Sequence record: MT862763.1
DNA from: Escherichia phage vB_EcoP-U8
Strand: one strand, 5' to 3'
DNA: 40,294 nucleotides
Below, piece by piece: positions 18,061-27,055 of the stretch. A model generated the notes under the pieces. The model was given only the letters and a program-made list of their open reading frames with translations, ran no database searches and was not told the DNA's origin. The position numbers and the translations under genes are program-made. Numbering within the stretch: the first letter of the stretch is position 1; each line of letters begins with the position of its first letter.

Positions 18061-18491
18061 GTCTTTCTCCTCAAGATATTTCTAATAGAAACCGTACTCA
18101 CTCCATAGCGTTCAGCCAAGAGTGAAACCTTTAGGTCGCTGGACCTTATATCACGCACACTTTCCTCAGTGAGCTTAGACGAGCCTACGAAGCATCCTAA
18201 CGCTTGGCGACCTCTAGTCACCTTATCCTTTATGTTATCAGCTTGGGTGCCAACTTCAAGGTGGCTTGGGTCTATACAGGACGGGTTGTCGCACTTATGG
18301 CGAACAACGTACCCATCCGGTATAGGACCGTTAGCAAGCTCGTAAGCAAGTCTATGCGCTCTGTATTTGACCCTGTTGACCATTATCCTTCCATATCCTT
18401 CTCCGTCTAAGTGGCCTGTAAATCGGATACAGCCAGACTCTTCAGCTACTGACAGTTCTGCCAGTCTCTCACTGGCTGTCCCGTTCTTCAT
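18042..18491 (-). CDS. HNH homing endonuclease-like protein between gene 15 and 16
   Basis: GYVVRHKCDNPSCIDPSHLEVGTQADN HNH motif; 149 aa; not present at this position in T7. Confidence 0.8.
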   Translation of the reverse strand: MKNGTASERLAELSVAEESGCIRFTGHLDGEGYGRIMVNRVKYRAHRLAYELANGPIPDGYVVRHKCDNPSCIDPSHLEVGTQADNIKDKVTRGRQALGCFVGSSKLTEESVRDIRSSDLKVSLLAERYGVSTVSIRNILRRKTWRHVE

Positions 18492-18493
18492 GT

Positions 18494-20776
18494 TTACTCC
18501 TTACCAATTAGTACGTTTGCGATACCCTCCAGTGAGACGTCATTGTACATCCCACCGCGCTTCTCGATGTTGGCCTCTCGGTCAGCTCGACGTTTGTCAC
18601 CAGCAGCTTTAGTCCCGACGATACGCGCTCGCTTGTTAGCGTCACGTTCTGCCTGAGCATATGCGGCATCTTGTGCCTTCTGCTGTTGTTCGCGGTAGAG
18701 TTTACCTACAAGTTCTTTATCGTAGCGAATACGAATAGTACCTGTAGCGTCTTGGAGGAAGATAGAGCCGTTCTGTTCAACAACGGACAACTGAGAGTTC
18801 ACTACCCAAGGGTTGGCCTTAATGAGCTGCTTACGAGCGGTGTCGATAATGTCTCGACCAACCTGCCACGACTCTGGGTTATCCCCGACCATAAGCTGGT
18901 GCTTCGACACCATGCCGATGGACTTACCGTCAGAACCTTCAGACTGGAACGTTACGGTGTTCTCATTCAGCCAGCGTTGAGTCTGCTGCGTTGCAGCGTC
19001 AGCGTTACCTGTACGATAGTACCATGAGTCCCAGACCTTACGAGCACTTGAGTCTAGAGACGTAGGAAGACGCGAAAGGTCCTTATTCCGAGAGTCGTTC
19101 TTCAACTCCTGCCACGCCTTGTCTGACTCCATGCGCATCTCACGGCTTTGACTTGCAGCTTGCTTATCAGCTTCAATCATCGTCTGAGGGTCCAGACCCA
19201 TCTTATCCATCTGGTCGAACGTAGAGAACAACTGAGCTTGGTCAGGATACAGAGCAGCGAAACTTGAAGGGTCCTGAGTGTAGGCACGACGAAGAGATTC
19301 GAAGCGTTGCATCTTGTCTGGGTCGTACTGCCCACGGATGACCGCAGCTTGCCACTCACCAGCAGCGTCCTGAGTAAGCGTTTGGAAGGCATTACGGAAC
19401 GGACCGTTGTTAGTGTCAGCTCTTAATAATGCAACCTTCTGTGCGTCCTTAGCAGCCTCAGGGATGTCCATCTGGTCAATCTGCTGTAGCTTAGAAGACG
19501 CATAGTTGTTCATGTCTGAACGCTTGAACTCTCCTGTGGCTTCAGAGACCGGAAGGTCCTCATAGTTGGTGGACACGTTGTCTCCAGCCAGACGTCGCTG
19601 ATAAACTTGGTCAATGACCAGTTGCTTGTTCTGGGTCTGGATTAACTTCGTGTTCTCCTTCGCCTGTTCAGCAGACTTACGCTTGACCGCTTCCAGTAAG
19701 CTGGCTTCGGCATTAATAAGCATCTGACGCTGAGGCGTGAGTTCTTCCCCCGGCTGAAGCAGGTTGTTCTGCTCCTTGAGTTTCTGAATCTGGGCCAGAC
19801 CGATGGTTGGGTCGTCCTGAAGAATCGCAGACTGAACGCCTAACGATAAGTCTTCCTGATACTTAGCCACCAACTTGTACTCGGTACCTTGAGCCTCAAC
19901 CACAGCAGCATTGAAGACGTCAGGGCCTACAATCTCTTCGATGGTAGCATCAATACCGTTAAGGGTGATACGCTCGCCACGGACTTGCTGTAGGAAGTTT
20001 GAGCCTCCTGACTTCTGGATTGCGTCACGGACCGTCTGGGTAATGACCTCTCGTGCTCGCTGGTCCGAAGGGATAGCAGCAGTCGTTAGTCCATCCCGAA
20101 GGTAGGCCATGAAGGTATTTCCAGACTCAGGCGAACGCATCAGGTCCCCATCGTTAAGGAACGAGTTCATCTCAATACGAGTGTTCAACATTGCTGTCTC
20201 TTCAGACTGCTTGCTGAAATACTTATTGAAAGACCCATAGATAGCGATGTTTCGGTCTGTGATGTTATCGTTGAACCCGCGCTGGAAGAACTCGTCGGTA
20301 GGGTTAATACCCGCCTCTTCAGCATAGGACTTAGCGGCGTCCTGAAGTCTCTGGTGGCGATACTCTTCCATGTCCTGACGTGTACGGAACTCACCGTTCT
20401 GAATCTTAACGTTAATCTCGTCATCAACCGCAAAGGCAGCGTTACGGCCCGTCTTGACTCGAAGTGCTTCCATAGCGTAAGGGTCATCCTGATACAGCAA
20501 TGTACCGTTCTGGATAGCCTCACGTCTTTGCTGAGGTGTCAGCTTACGGATAATCTCGTTAGACCGCTCGTCGGCCCGTGTCTTCTCCTCGTCTTTGAAC
20601 TGCTTGTATAATCCAGTACCAGACTCAACGAAGTTGGTTAACGCCCGAGCAAGACCTGAGTCACCAGTTGGAGCCTGAACGCTGGCTGCTTGATAGTTGA
20701 CGGCGATAGTTTTACCCGGAGCCCTGCCACGACCCATAGTCCGATTAGCCAGAGCTGATTCAATATTACTAGCCAT
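18494..20776 (-). CDS. Internal virion protein C (gp15-like)
   Basis: 760 aa; matches T7 gp15 as recalled (ADERSNEIIRKLTPQQRREAIQNGTLLYQDDPYAMEALRVKTGRNAA). Confidence 0.92.
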   Translation of the reverse strand: MASNIESALANRTMGRGRAPGKTIAVNYQAASVQAPTGDSGLARALTNFVESGTGLYKQFKDEEKTRADERSNEIIRKLTPQQRREAIQNGTLLYQDDPYAMEALRVKTGRNAAFAVDDEINVKIQNGEFRTRQDMEEYRHQRLQDAAKSYAEEAGINPTDEFFQRGFNDNITDRNIAIYGSFNKYFSKQSEETAMLNTRIEMNSFLNDGDLMRSPESGNTFMAYLRDGLTTAAIPSDQRAREVITQTVRDAIQKSGGSNFLQQVRGERITLNGIDATIEEIVGPDVFNAAVVEAQGTEYKLVAKYQEDLSLGVQSAILQDDPTIGLAQIQKLKEQNNLLQPGEELTPQRQMLINAEASLLEAVKRKSAEQAKENTKLIQTQNKQLVIDQVYQRRLAGDNVSTNYEDLPVSEATGEFKRSDMNNYASSKLQQIDQMDIPEAAKDAQKVALLRADTNNGPFRNAFQTLTQDAAGEWQAAVIRGQYDPDKMQRFESLRRAYTQDPSSFAALYPDQAQLFSTFDQMDKMGLDPQTMIEADKQAASQSREMRMESDKAWQELKNDSRNKDLSRLPTSLDSSARKVWDSWYYRTGNADAATQQTQRWLNENTVTFQSEGSDGKSIGMVSKHQLMVGDNPESWQVGRDIIDTARKQLIKANPWVVNSQLSVVEQNGSIFLQDATGTIRIRYDKELVGKLYREQQQKAQDAAYAQAERDANKRARIVGTKAAGDKRRADREANIEKRGGMYNDVSLEGIANVLIGKE

Positions 20777-20787
20777 TAGTCCTCCTC

Positions 20788-21342
20788 TTAGCTATGACCT
20801 GTAGGTGTGCCTTTAGCAGCACTAATCGGTGCGGCACCACCGGAGCTTGATGCCCCAGATATTGACTTGCCAGCAGCGTACCCTTGCATCCCGGCGTTAG
20901 CAACATTAAGTGCATGAGCTAGTGGGCTGGTCTTGATGATTTTACCTTGACCACGGATAGCAGACTTGGTGTTCTCAATGTTGGCGATACGGTTCCCGAA
21001 GATAGCCGCATAGTCACGGTTGTAGCTTTCGGTAATCCCGGCTCTCTCCTTGACTGTGTCTCCCGCGACTTGACGTTCAATCCTGTCCATAGAGTTACCT
21101 TCCAGACCGGACTCAGCTACCGCAGCTCGGACCATACCCTGATTGCGGATACCGTTTAACGTGGTCTCTGTCAGTTCAGCCATCTGCTGCTCCTTCAGGT
21201 CTCGCTCCTGCATCTTCAGGTTGGCGTCAGAGTAGTTCATCTGCTTAATCATCTCCTGAGCCTGACGGTTCTGAGCGTCGATAGCAGCACCCTCAGCCTT
21301 GGCCTGTTGGGATGCGGACATAGTGGCACCAGCTACAGACAT
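20788..21342 (-). CDS. Internal virion protein B (gp14-like)
   Basis: 184 aa; EGNSMDRIERQVAG and C-terminal AAKGTPTG match T7 gp14 as recalled. Confidence 0.85.
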   Translation of the reverse strand: MSVAGATMSASQQAKAEGAAIDAQNRQAQEMIKQMNYSDANLKMQERDLKEQQMAELTETTLNGIRNQGMVRAAVAESGLEGNSMDRIERQVAGDTVKERAGITESYNRDYAAIFGNRIANIENTKSAIRGQGKIIKTSPLAHALNVANAGMQGYAAGKSISGASSSGGAAPISAAKGTPTGHS

Positions 21343-21378
21343 AATACCTAAACCGATTGAAATTGGTTCGCAAATTTC

Positions 21379-21765
21379 CTAATCCCCCTTCCGGCTTGTA
21401 GCCAGATAGTCAGCAGCCTTACCATCGAAATCTTCGCATTTAGAGTGGTAGTTTCTACGGGTCAGCTTTAGGTTGCAGGTATGACATAGGATTCCTCGGA
21501 CTTTCCCGGAGGTGTGACAGTGGTCAACGCATACTCCTCGGCTAGTTCCTAATGTCTTGCAGATTGCGCAGACCCCGCCCTGCTCTTTTAGGATGGAATC
21601 ATATTCTATCTGCGTAATGTGATACGTCTCGTATCCCTTGTTCTTGTGGCTCCGTCCATTATGACACAGCTTACAGGCAGAGCGTACACCACACTTAGAG
21701 TCTTTCCGTGTAGAGAACGCTTCTAGTGGCTTTTCAATTTTACAGACGGTACAGACCTTAGTCAC
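21379..21765 (-). CDS. Endonuclease VII-family protein (putative homing endonuclease) between gene 13 and 14
   Basis: GGVCAICK...[19 protein letters not shown]; GTG start with SD AAGGAGG; start overlaps gp13 stop. Confidence 0.78.
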   Translation of the reverse strand: MTKVCTVCKIEKPLEAFSTRKDSKCGVRSACKLCHNGRSHKNKGYETYHITQIEYDSILKEQGGVCAICKTLGTSRGVCVDHCHTSGKVRGILCHTCNLKLTRRNYHSKCEDFDGKAADYLATSRKGD

Positions 21766-22220
21766 GTGTCCTCCTTAGAGATAGTGAATAATTGAAAACG
21801 CTCACCAGTTACAGGGCTGATAGTCCAATCATCATGGAACTTAGCCCCAAGCAACTTCAAGAATTTAATGTGAGACTTATTGCCTGACCACACGTAGTTC
21901 CAGATGGTCCCGTATTGGTCTAACATTAAGTCCCTGTACTCAGAGATACACTTTATGAACTCTCGCTTCTCTTTAGGCCCCAGCTTGTAGACCAGACCAG
22001 AAGTCAAGAACCATACGTTATCCCCTTGGTTTCCACCATAGGCAAACACTTCACCTACACCGTTCGTTAAAACCACAGATGATGGAGATAGGTGCTTAAG
22101 CAGTCTCTCTGAGAGACCCACGGTTGACCCGTAGTTTGCTTTGCATTCATTAACATCATCTGCTGAAAGATGCCACAGAAAGTAGTGGACATCTGGTTCC
22201 GTAGCCTTGCGAATATACAT
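21762..22220 (-). CDS. gp13-like protein (internal virion protein A position)
   Basis: 152 aa ORF with SD AAGGAG between gene 12 and 14; assignment by position, sequence not confidently recognised. Confidence 0.5.
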   Translation of the reverse strand: MYIRKATEPDVHYFLWHLSADDVNECKANYGSTVGLSERLLKHLSPSSVVLTNGVGEVFAYGGNQGDNVWFLTSGLVYKLGPKEKREFIKCISEYRDLMLDQYGTIWNYVWSGNKSHIKFLKLLGAKFHDDWTISPVTGERFQLFTISKEDT

Positions 22221-22239
22221 AAAGTCTCCTTATAACCTT

Positions 22240-22289
22240 AAGGGCCTATAGTCCCTATAGTGATAGTTAAGGTAAATCTATAGGCCCTT
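22240..22289. repeat. Perfect 12-bp inverted repeat (AAGGGCCTATAG / CTATAGGCCCTT) enclosing the phi13 promoter
   Basis: Arms at 22240..22251 and 22278..22289, 26-nt spacer containing promoter core. Confidence 0.8.
22250..22272 (-). promoter_or_regulatory. Phage RNA polymerase promoter (phi13 position)
   Basis: CCTATAGTGATAGTTAAG at 22254..22271. Confidence 0.75.
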
Positions 22290-22296
22290 CAATAAG

Positions 22297-24654
22297 TTAG
22301 ACGGAACGAGCTTTCTTAGCGTATGACGCCTCCCAGCCACAGCCAACGATGGACACTGGGGTAGGATAATCTGACTCTAAGGTTAGACTCGTGGTTAATG
22401 CGTTACCATTCATAGCGAAGCGATACTGACCGTCACCAATGTTGGTAGTCCCAATGGTCTGCTGACCAAGGGTGTACCCATTAAAGGTGTTCACGAACTC
22501 CCGCTCACCGTTTCTGACAATGAGTCTAAGAGCGCCAGTGTCCTTGTAGTTGACCCAAGCCCGACGAAGTTGTAGGCGTCCAGTGTCTTCAGACTGAGTG
22601 CCGCTATCGTCTTCAATCTTAATCAGGAACCGTGAGAACTTGTAGGACATCAGATAAGACCGTCCTATGAACACTGTACGTCCTGACCAATCGCCATTTA
22701 GTATAGCCACAGTTGAGATGTCTGTCAATTCACCAAGGTCCACGTAGGCACCCTGACTGTCAATAAGATAGTACCGACCGGGAGACGGAGCGTTTCCACC
22801 ATAAGCAGAACCAATGTCAACCGTAGTCTTATAGGTGTCAACGTTGTATGAGCCAATTGGTATTACCATAGACACCTTGGAGTCAACGTGGAGTCTATAT
22901 GGCTCTAACGGAAAGTCGGTTGCCTCCTTGATAAACTTAAGGTGCTCAAGGTCCACACCGCCTTGGTGCTGACGAACAATGAACATGGTAGAGCCAATCG
23001 AAGCAGACGCCAGAATCTTATCAGCTTTAGGGAACTCCCAGTGCGACCAAGAGGCTTGAAGCTGTACGCCGTCCTTAAACAAGAACTTATAGATGTAGAT
23101 TCGGTTGTATGCACCTGTAGAGTTGACGCAGATGTAGTTCTCAGTCCCTGTACCTTGAATGTCAAACACCCCGTTAGGGATATAGGACAGTACGTGACCA
23201 GTGGTATCATCGGCATCCTTCACGTCAGACACATCTGCTACAGCGAAGTATCGCTTAATGCTGGTGAATGACCCACGAGGCGCTGAGAAGAAGACTGAGC
23301 GTCCTACAGCGAACGGTCTGGCGTTATCACCTAAGGCAAACTCTGAGCCTACATCAAGCTGGATAGACTTCGAGGTAAGGACCCCAGAGCTTGTCATCAC
23401 GAACTGCACCTCATCCGACCAAAGTAGTAGCTGCTCGCTAAACGGAACGGCATACTTAAGGATTGAGATTCTAGGATGACTTACAGCTACGTCAATAGGA
23501 TCATCATCACTCAGTGTAGCCACACTCTTAGGGAAGAACGCAAAGTAGCTGGCTGAACGGCTCATGATTACGTTCTCGCCTGACAAGAACCCCAGCCTAT
23601 TCCTGTAGAAGAACACATCGTTAATCGTAGCATCCACGAAGCTAGGCATAGGGTTTGTGTCATCATTACCAGCACCACGATTAGACCAGTCCAGAGTCTT
23701 GAACTCAAAGGAGCCGTCAGATTGTCTCACCAGAGCATGAGGCATTGTGGTGTTATCGAACCCAGTGACCACTCCCGGCTCTACTGTCTCCTTCCACGTC
23801 TTAGTGTTGGAGTCATACATCACGTAATATTCATCGGCGCTACTGTTGGTCTCACCTTGAATCTTAATGATGTACCCATTTGGAGCTGCAAGAGGCAACT
23901 TAGAGATTGTTTGCACCGTGTCGAGTACTGGGCTGATTAGCTGGTTAGCATAGCCATCCTCCGTCTCCACTGAGTTAATGTCAGTCCCTGAAGGGGCAGT
24001 GATTAACAGGAATCCAGACCCAAGGTCGAACGTGAAGGTAGGGTAAGCAGCAACAAGAAGGTCTCTCAGAGCTGCACCGATGGCTTGAGCGTCCACCTTA
24101 GGTGGGTCATTCTCGGCATCATTACCTGCTGGTAGCTTATGCGAGACCTTAACGCCACCGTTGATTCCCACCTTAAGGGTTCGACCATACTGTCCGCCAC
24201 GCAGGTTAATTAAAGCTCGTGCTTTGCGGTTATAACCAGAGTGTGACTTCTCGCTTCCACCTTTAACGACAACCTTACGGTTCACGATGAACGTATAGTC
24301 TGCAACAGTAACGACACGGATGTCATCTCGCGGGTTGGACGACTTAACGTAATCTACCGCACCGGAAACTGAGTATTGATTACCACTCAAGTCAACTACC
24401 TGAATGTTTGACCCGTTGAACACGATGTAATACTGCTCATGCTCGTCACGGTTAATCAGGTGGAACTTAGGGTTGCTCCCAACGTCGATGTTAAGACGTC
24501 TCTTGAAGACTGTAGGTGGACGCTTCTGTAGGCCATCACTCTCTGATGACCAGCAGTTTACCTGTTCCTCGCCTTGGTCCGAGAACCTCAGGATGTCTGG
24601 CTGCTGGCTAATGCCACCTTTAAGGTTCTTGATTGATTGAGTAATTAGTGGCAT
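22297..24654 (-). CDS. Tail tubular protein B (gp12-like)
   Basis: 785 aa; MPLITQSIKNLKGGISQQPDILRF and GRLQLRRAWVNY match T7 gp12 as recalled. Confidence 0.95.
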   Translation of the reverse strand: MPLITQSIKNLKGGISQQPDILRFSDQGEEQVNCWSSESDGLQKRPPTVFKRRLNIDVGSNPKFHLINRDEHEQYYIVFNGSNIQVVDLSGNQYSVSGAVDYVKSSNPRDDIRVVTVADYTFIVNRKVVVKGGSEKSHSGYNRKARALINLRGGQYGRTLKVGINGGVKVSHKLPAGNDAENDPPKVDAQAIGAALRDLLVAAYPTFTFDLGSGFLLITAPSGTDINSVETEDGYANQLISPVLDTVQTISKLPLAAPNGYIIKIQGETNSSADEYYVMYDSNTKTWKETVEPGVVTGFDNTTMPHALVRQSDGSFEFKTLDWSNRGAGNDDTNPMPSFVDATINDVFFYRNRLGFLSGENVIMSRSASYFAFFPKSVATLSDDDPIDVAVSHPRISILKYAVPFSEQLLLWSDEVQFVMTSSGVLTSKSIQLDVGSEFALGDNARPFAVGRSVFFSAPRGSFTSIKRYFAVADVSDVKDADDTTGHVLSYIPNGVFDIQGTGTENYICVNSTGAYNRIYIYKFLFKDGVQLQASWSHWEFPKADKILASASIGSTMFIVRQHQGGVDLEHLKFIKEATDFPLEPYRLHVDSKVSMVIPIGSYNVDTYKTTVDIGSAYGGNAPSPGRYYLIDSQGAYVDLGELTDISTVAILNGDWSGRTVFIGRSYLMSYKFSRFLIKIEDDSGTQSEDTGRLQLRRAWVNYKDTGALRLIVRNGEREFVNTFNGYTLGQQTIGTTNIGDGQYRFAMNGNALTTSLTLESDYPTPVSIVGCGWEASYAKKARSV

Positions 24655-24663
24655 AGGCCCTCC

Positions 24664-24891
24664 TTAAATCATACTCATTAGGACGTATCCCTCAGCGATG
24701 TCACCAACGTCAGCAATGTGGACAACCTTACGTGCTACCTGTTGTCCAGTATACCCGTTGTCCCACTCATTCAGGATAAGCCAGTCGCCAACCTTAAAGT
24801 CCCGGTCGTTAAGTCTCAGCTCTGCTGTCTTTAGACCCAGTTGTACCGGACCAAAGTGCTGGCGGTGAATCTTCAGGTTGTGACTAGCCAT
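24664..24891 (-). CDS. DUF3850/ASCH-like small protein inserted between gene 11 and 12
   Basis: 75 aa; HNLKIHRQHFGPVQLGLKTAELRLNDRDFKVGDWLIL...GYVLMSM fits the DUF3850 (PUA-like) pattern as recalled; no gene at this position in T7. Confidence 0.6.
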   Translation of the reverse strand: MASHNLKIHRQHFGPVQLGLKTAELRLNDRDFKVGDWLILNEWDNGYTGQQVARKVVHIADVGDIAEGYVLMSMI

Positions 24892-25457
24892 TAGTCCCTC
24901 CCGATGTCGGACATCATGTTGTAGCGACCAGTGTCCATCTCGTACTCCATCACCTGCTGGTAGAGTTCTGCTTCCTGCTCACGAAGGTACAGTTCAGACT
25001 CTGGGCTACCGAAGAACTTAGCGTTGAACTCACGGCTAGCCTTGGTAACGATGTAGTCACGGAATACTACAGGCATCTCAGCGAACGGTTTCATCTCCAC
25101 CAGTTCGACTGTAATTGGTCCAGTGAAGGTCGTGGACTGAGTGGACAGGTCATAGAGATAGCCCCCCATGTTGCTGTAGTAACTGGTAGCACCAGCAGTC
25201 ATGACCCGAAGGTAAGACGGCAGGAATCGAATCCTATTGTCTTGGACATCAGGTGTCAGGACAGCAGCTTCGTTGATGTTAAAGTTCCAGCCTTTAGCTT
25301 GGACCTGACGATTGACACGATGCAGGATACGTTGAGCGTTCGAGACGTCAGCGTTACCTTCGTCAAGCTGTAGGACTGCTGGTTCACCGATAGCTGCTAA
25401 CATATCGTTGATGGCATCTAAGTCATCGTTAGCATTCAGTGGAATGTATTGAGCCAT
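24891..25457 (-). CDS. Tail tubular protein A (gp11-like)
   Basis: 188 aa; matches T7 gp11 as recalled (IVTKASREFNAKFFG, MEYEMD). Confidence 0.9.
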   Translation of the reverse strand: MAQYIPLNANDDLDAINDMLAAIGEPAVLQLDEGNADVSNAQRILHRVNRQVQAKGWNFNINEAAVLTPDVQDNRIRFLPSYLRVMTAGATSYYSNMGGYLYDLSTQSTTFTGPITVELVEMKPFAEMPVVFRDYIVTKASREFNAKFFGSPESELYLREQEAELYQQVMEYEMDTGRYNMMSDIGRD

Positions 25458-25571
25458 AGGTTTACTCCTTAACGGTCATAGGCGCTAGACGGTGAGCTGG
25501 ACAGCAGGTACGCCCAGAATAAGACGAATAGTGCTAACCCTGTGTAAATAAGGACCATAGTCCCTCCTTAA

Positions 25572-25610
25572 GCAAAAAAACCCCTCAAGCACCCGAAGGC
25601 ACCCAAGGGG
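25572..25610 (-). terminator. Rho-independent terminator, T-phi equivalent after capsid gene
   Basis: RC: CCCCTTGGGTGCCTTCGGGTGCTTGAGGGG followed by TTTTTTTG; close to T7 T-phi as recalled. Confidence 0.85.
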
Positions 25611-25616
25611 TTTCAA

Positions 25617-26929
25617 TTAGTTTGTGAAAGATACGTTGAAGGAACGCACAGGCGTACCGTCATACCCAACAATCACCAGACCTTCCACGCCAGAGGTGGC
25701 CTTGAAGTAGAGACTGTTGGTTCTACGGGAGTAGCTAACACCATCAGGCGTAGCCACCTCAAGCAGCGACCAATCGGTCACATCTGAAAGCTCAGGGAAG
25801 TCAACCTTCAGGCTGGTTCCCACCGTAGAACTATACGTCTCTAAGGTAGGACCCTCTGTAGAGAGGGCCTTAAAGGTCGTTAACCCGCTGACGCCGCTGT
25901 GAAAACCAGTGCGCCTGCTGCTTCTGGACGCAGACCACCGTGACCCATAGCGTACTTACCAACAATCAGGTCGCCCTGAGCATCGACGTCACGGTCACGT
26001 TCCAGCGCCAAGTCACGCAGCTTAACAGTACCTACAGCAGAACGGTGAGAGAACAGGCCCACAACGTTGTCCAGAGCAACTTTAACATCACCAGTAGCAG
26101 TAGCTGGGAAGGCGTGCTTCTGACCAGTCGCAATAGTGATACCATCGGCACCACGAGTTTCCCCAGCACCACCCTGAGTCAAGTGTGGAACTTCAACAAC
26201 CACGAAGCCCATTACGTTACGGATGTTACCAGTCTCTGGGTCAATCAGCGCAGCATAGTTAGCAGCGTTCGGCATCAGAGCCGCGAGGATTGCAGAGTAG
26301 TTGTCCGGCGTGGTGTAGAAGTAACGGTCGCCAGCAGGAACGTAGTTGGATGTCAGCTTCGCACGAGCAATGGTCAGTTGACCGATGATTGCTTCACCCA
26401 GCTTAGCCGGAGTGTTCAGGTCTGCTTTAGTACCAACTTCCAGCACAGACGCTTTGCCAAGACCAGCGATGTTTTCATCAGATGCAGCCGGTAGGTTACA
26501 CAGAATAGCCATCTCAGCCAGTACCGCACCATCGGCAGCGATAGCCAGAGCTTCGCCCAACTGGTTGGAGTACTCGCCAGCCACGTCATAGTGGTTCATC
26601 GCGTCTTCAATGTCGAAAATCATCACATCGGCAGTCAGCAGACCATCAATGGTAATCACTTTCTCGGTATGTTTGATACCTTTACGCTTATCGGACAGTC
26701 GCTCACCCGGAGCCAGATACACACCAGAGGTGCGACCCATGACCGGGAACTGAGCAGACTTACCGTTCTGAATGGTACGGACAATATGCTTGTCAGCAGT
26801 TACAGAGCGGCGAGTGAATGCTGTCAGGACTTCGCCAGCAAAGACCTTCAGGAACAACGCCAGAGCGTCGGAACCAGATTTGCCTTTACCTTGGTCTGTA
26901 CCAACTTTCTGACCCGGAACGTTTGCCAT
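25617..26929 (-). CDS. Minor capsid protein 10B (10A plus C-terminal extension via -1 frameshift)
   Basis: -1 frame is open from the slippery site at 25901..25907 to a stop at 25617, about 95 extra codons; T7 makes 10B this way. Confidence 0.6.
25880..26929 (-). CDS. Major capsid protein 10A
   Basis: 349 aa; extensive match to T7 gp10A as recalled (KHTEKVITIDGLLTADV, ALMPNAANYAALIDPE, AMGHGGLRPEAAGA). Confidence 0.96.
   Translation of the reverse strand: MANVPGQKVGTDQGKGKSGSDALALFLKVFAGEVLTAFTRRSVTADKHIVRTIQNGKSAQFPVMGRTSGVYLAPGERLSDKRKGIKHTEKVITIDGLLTADVMIFDIEDAMNHYDVAGEYSNQLGEALAIAADGAVLAEMAILCNLPAASDENIAGLGKASVLEVGTKADLNTPAKLGEAIIGQLTIARAKLTSNYVPAGDRYFYTTPDNYSAILAALMPNAANYAALIDPETGNIRNVMGFVVVEVPHLTQGGAGETRGADGITIATGQKHAFPATATGDVKVALDNVVGLFSHRSAVGTVKLRDLALERDRDVDAQGDLIVGKYAMGHGGLRPEAAGALVFTAASAG
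25901..25907 (-). other. Putative -1 ribosomal frameshift site G GTT TTC near end of 10A
   Basis: Heptamer GGTTTTC in 10A frame (CTG GTT TTC) 7 codons before the stop; same heptamer I recall for T7 gene 10. Confidence 0.55.
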
Positions 26930-27031
26930 ATGATAATTCTCCTATTCAATTGAAAGATAAAGTTTATTACTTACTGTATGCCCAATCCGTATGGACTGAA
27001 GTAATAGGGAAACCTTGAGTCTTTCTCTTGG

Positions 27032-27054
27032 TCTCCCTATAGTGATAGTTTAGT
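27032..27054 (-). promoter_or_regulatory. Phage RNA polymerase promoter (phi10), full consensus with GGGAGA start
   Basis: RC: CTAAACTATCACTATAGGGAGACC; transcript 5' end can form GGGAGACC...GGUUUCCC stem as in T7 phi10 leader. Confidence 0.85.
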
Positions 27055-27055
27055 C

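Noticed and set aside
25940-26494. Plus-strand 184-aa ORF inside the major capsid gene
   Set aside because: Antisense to a highly conserved capsid gene; typical shadow ORF.
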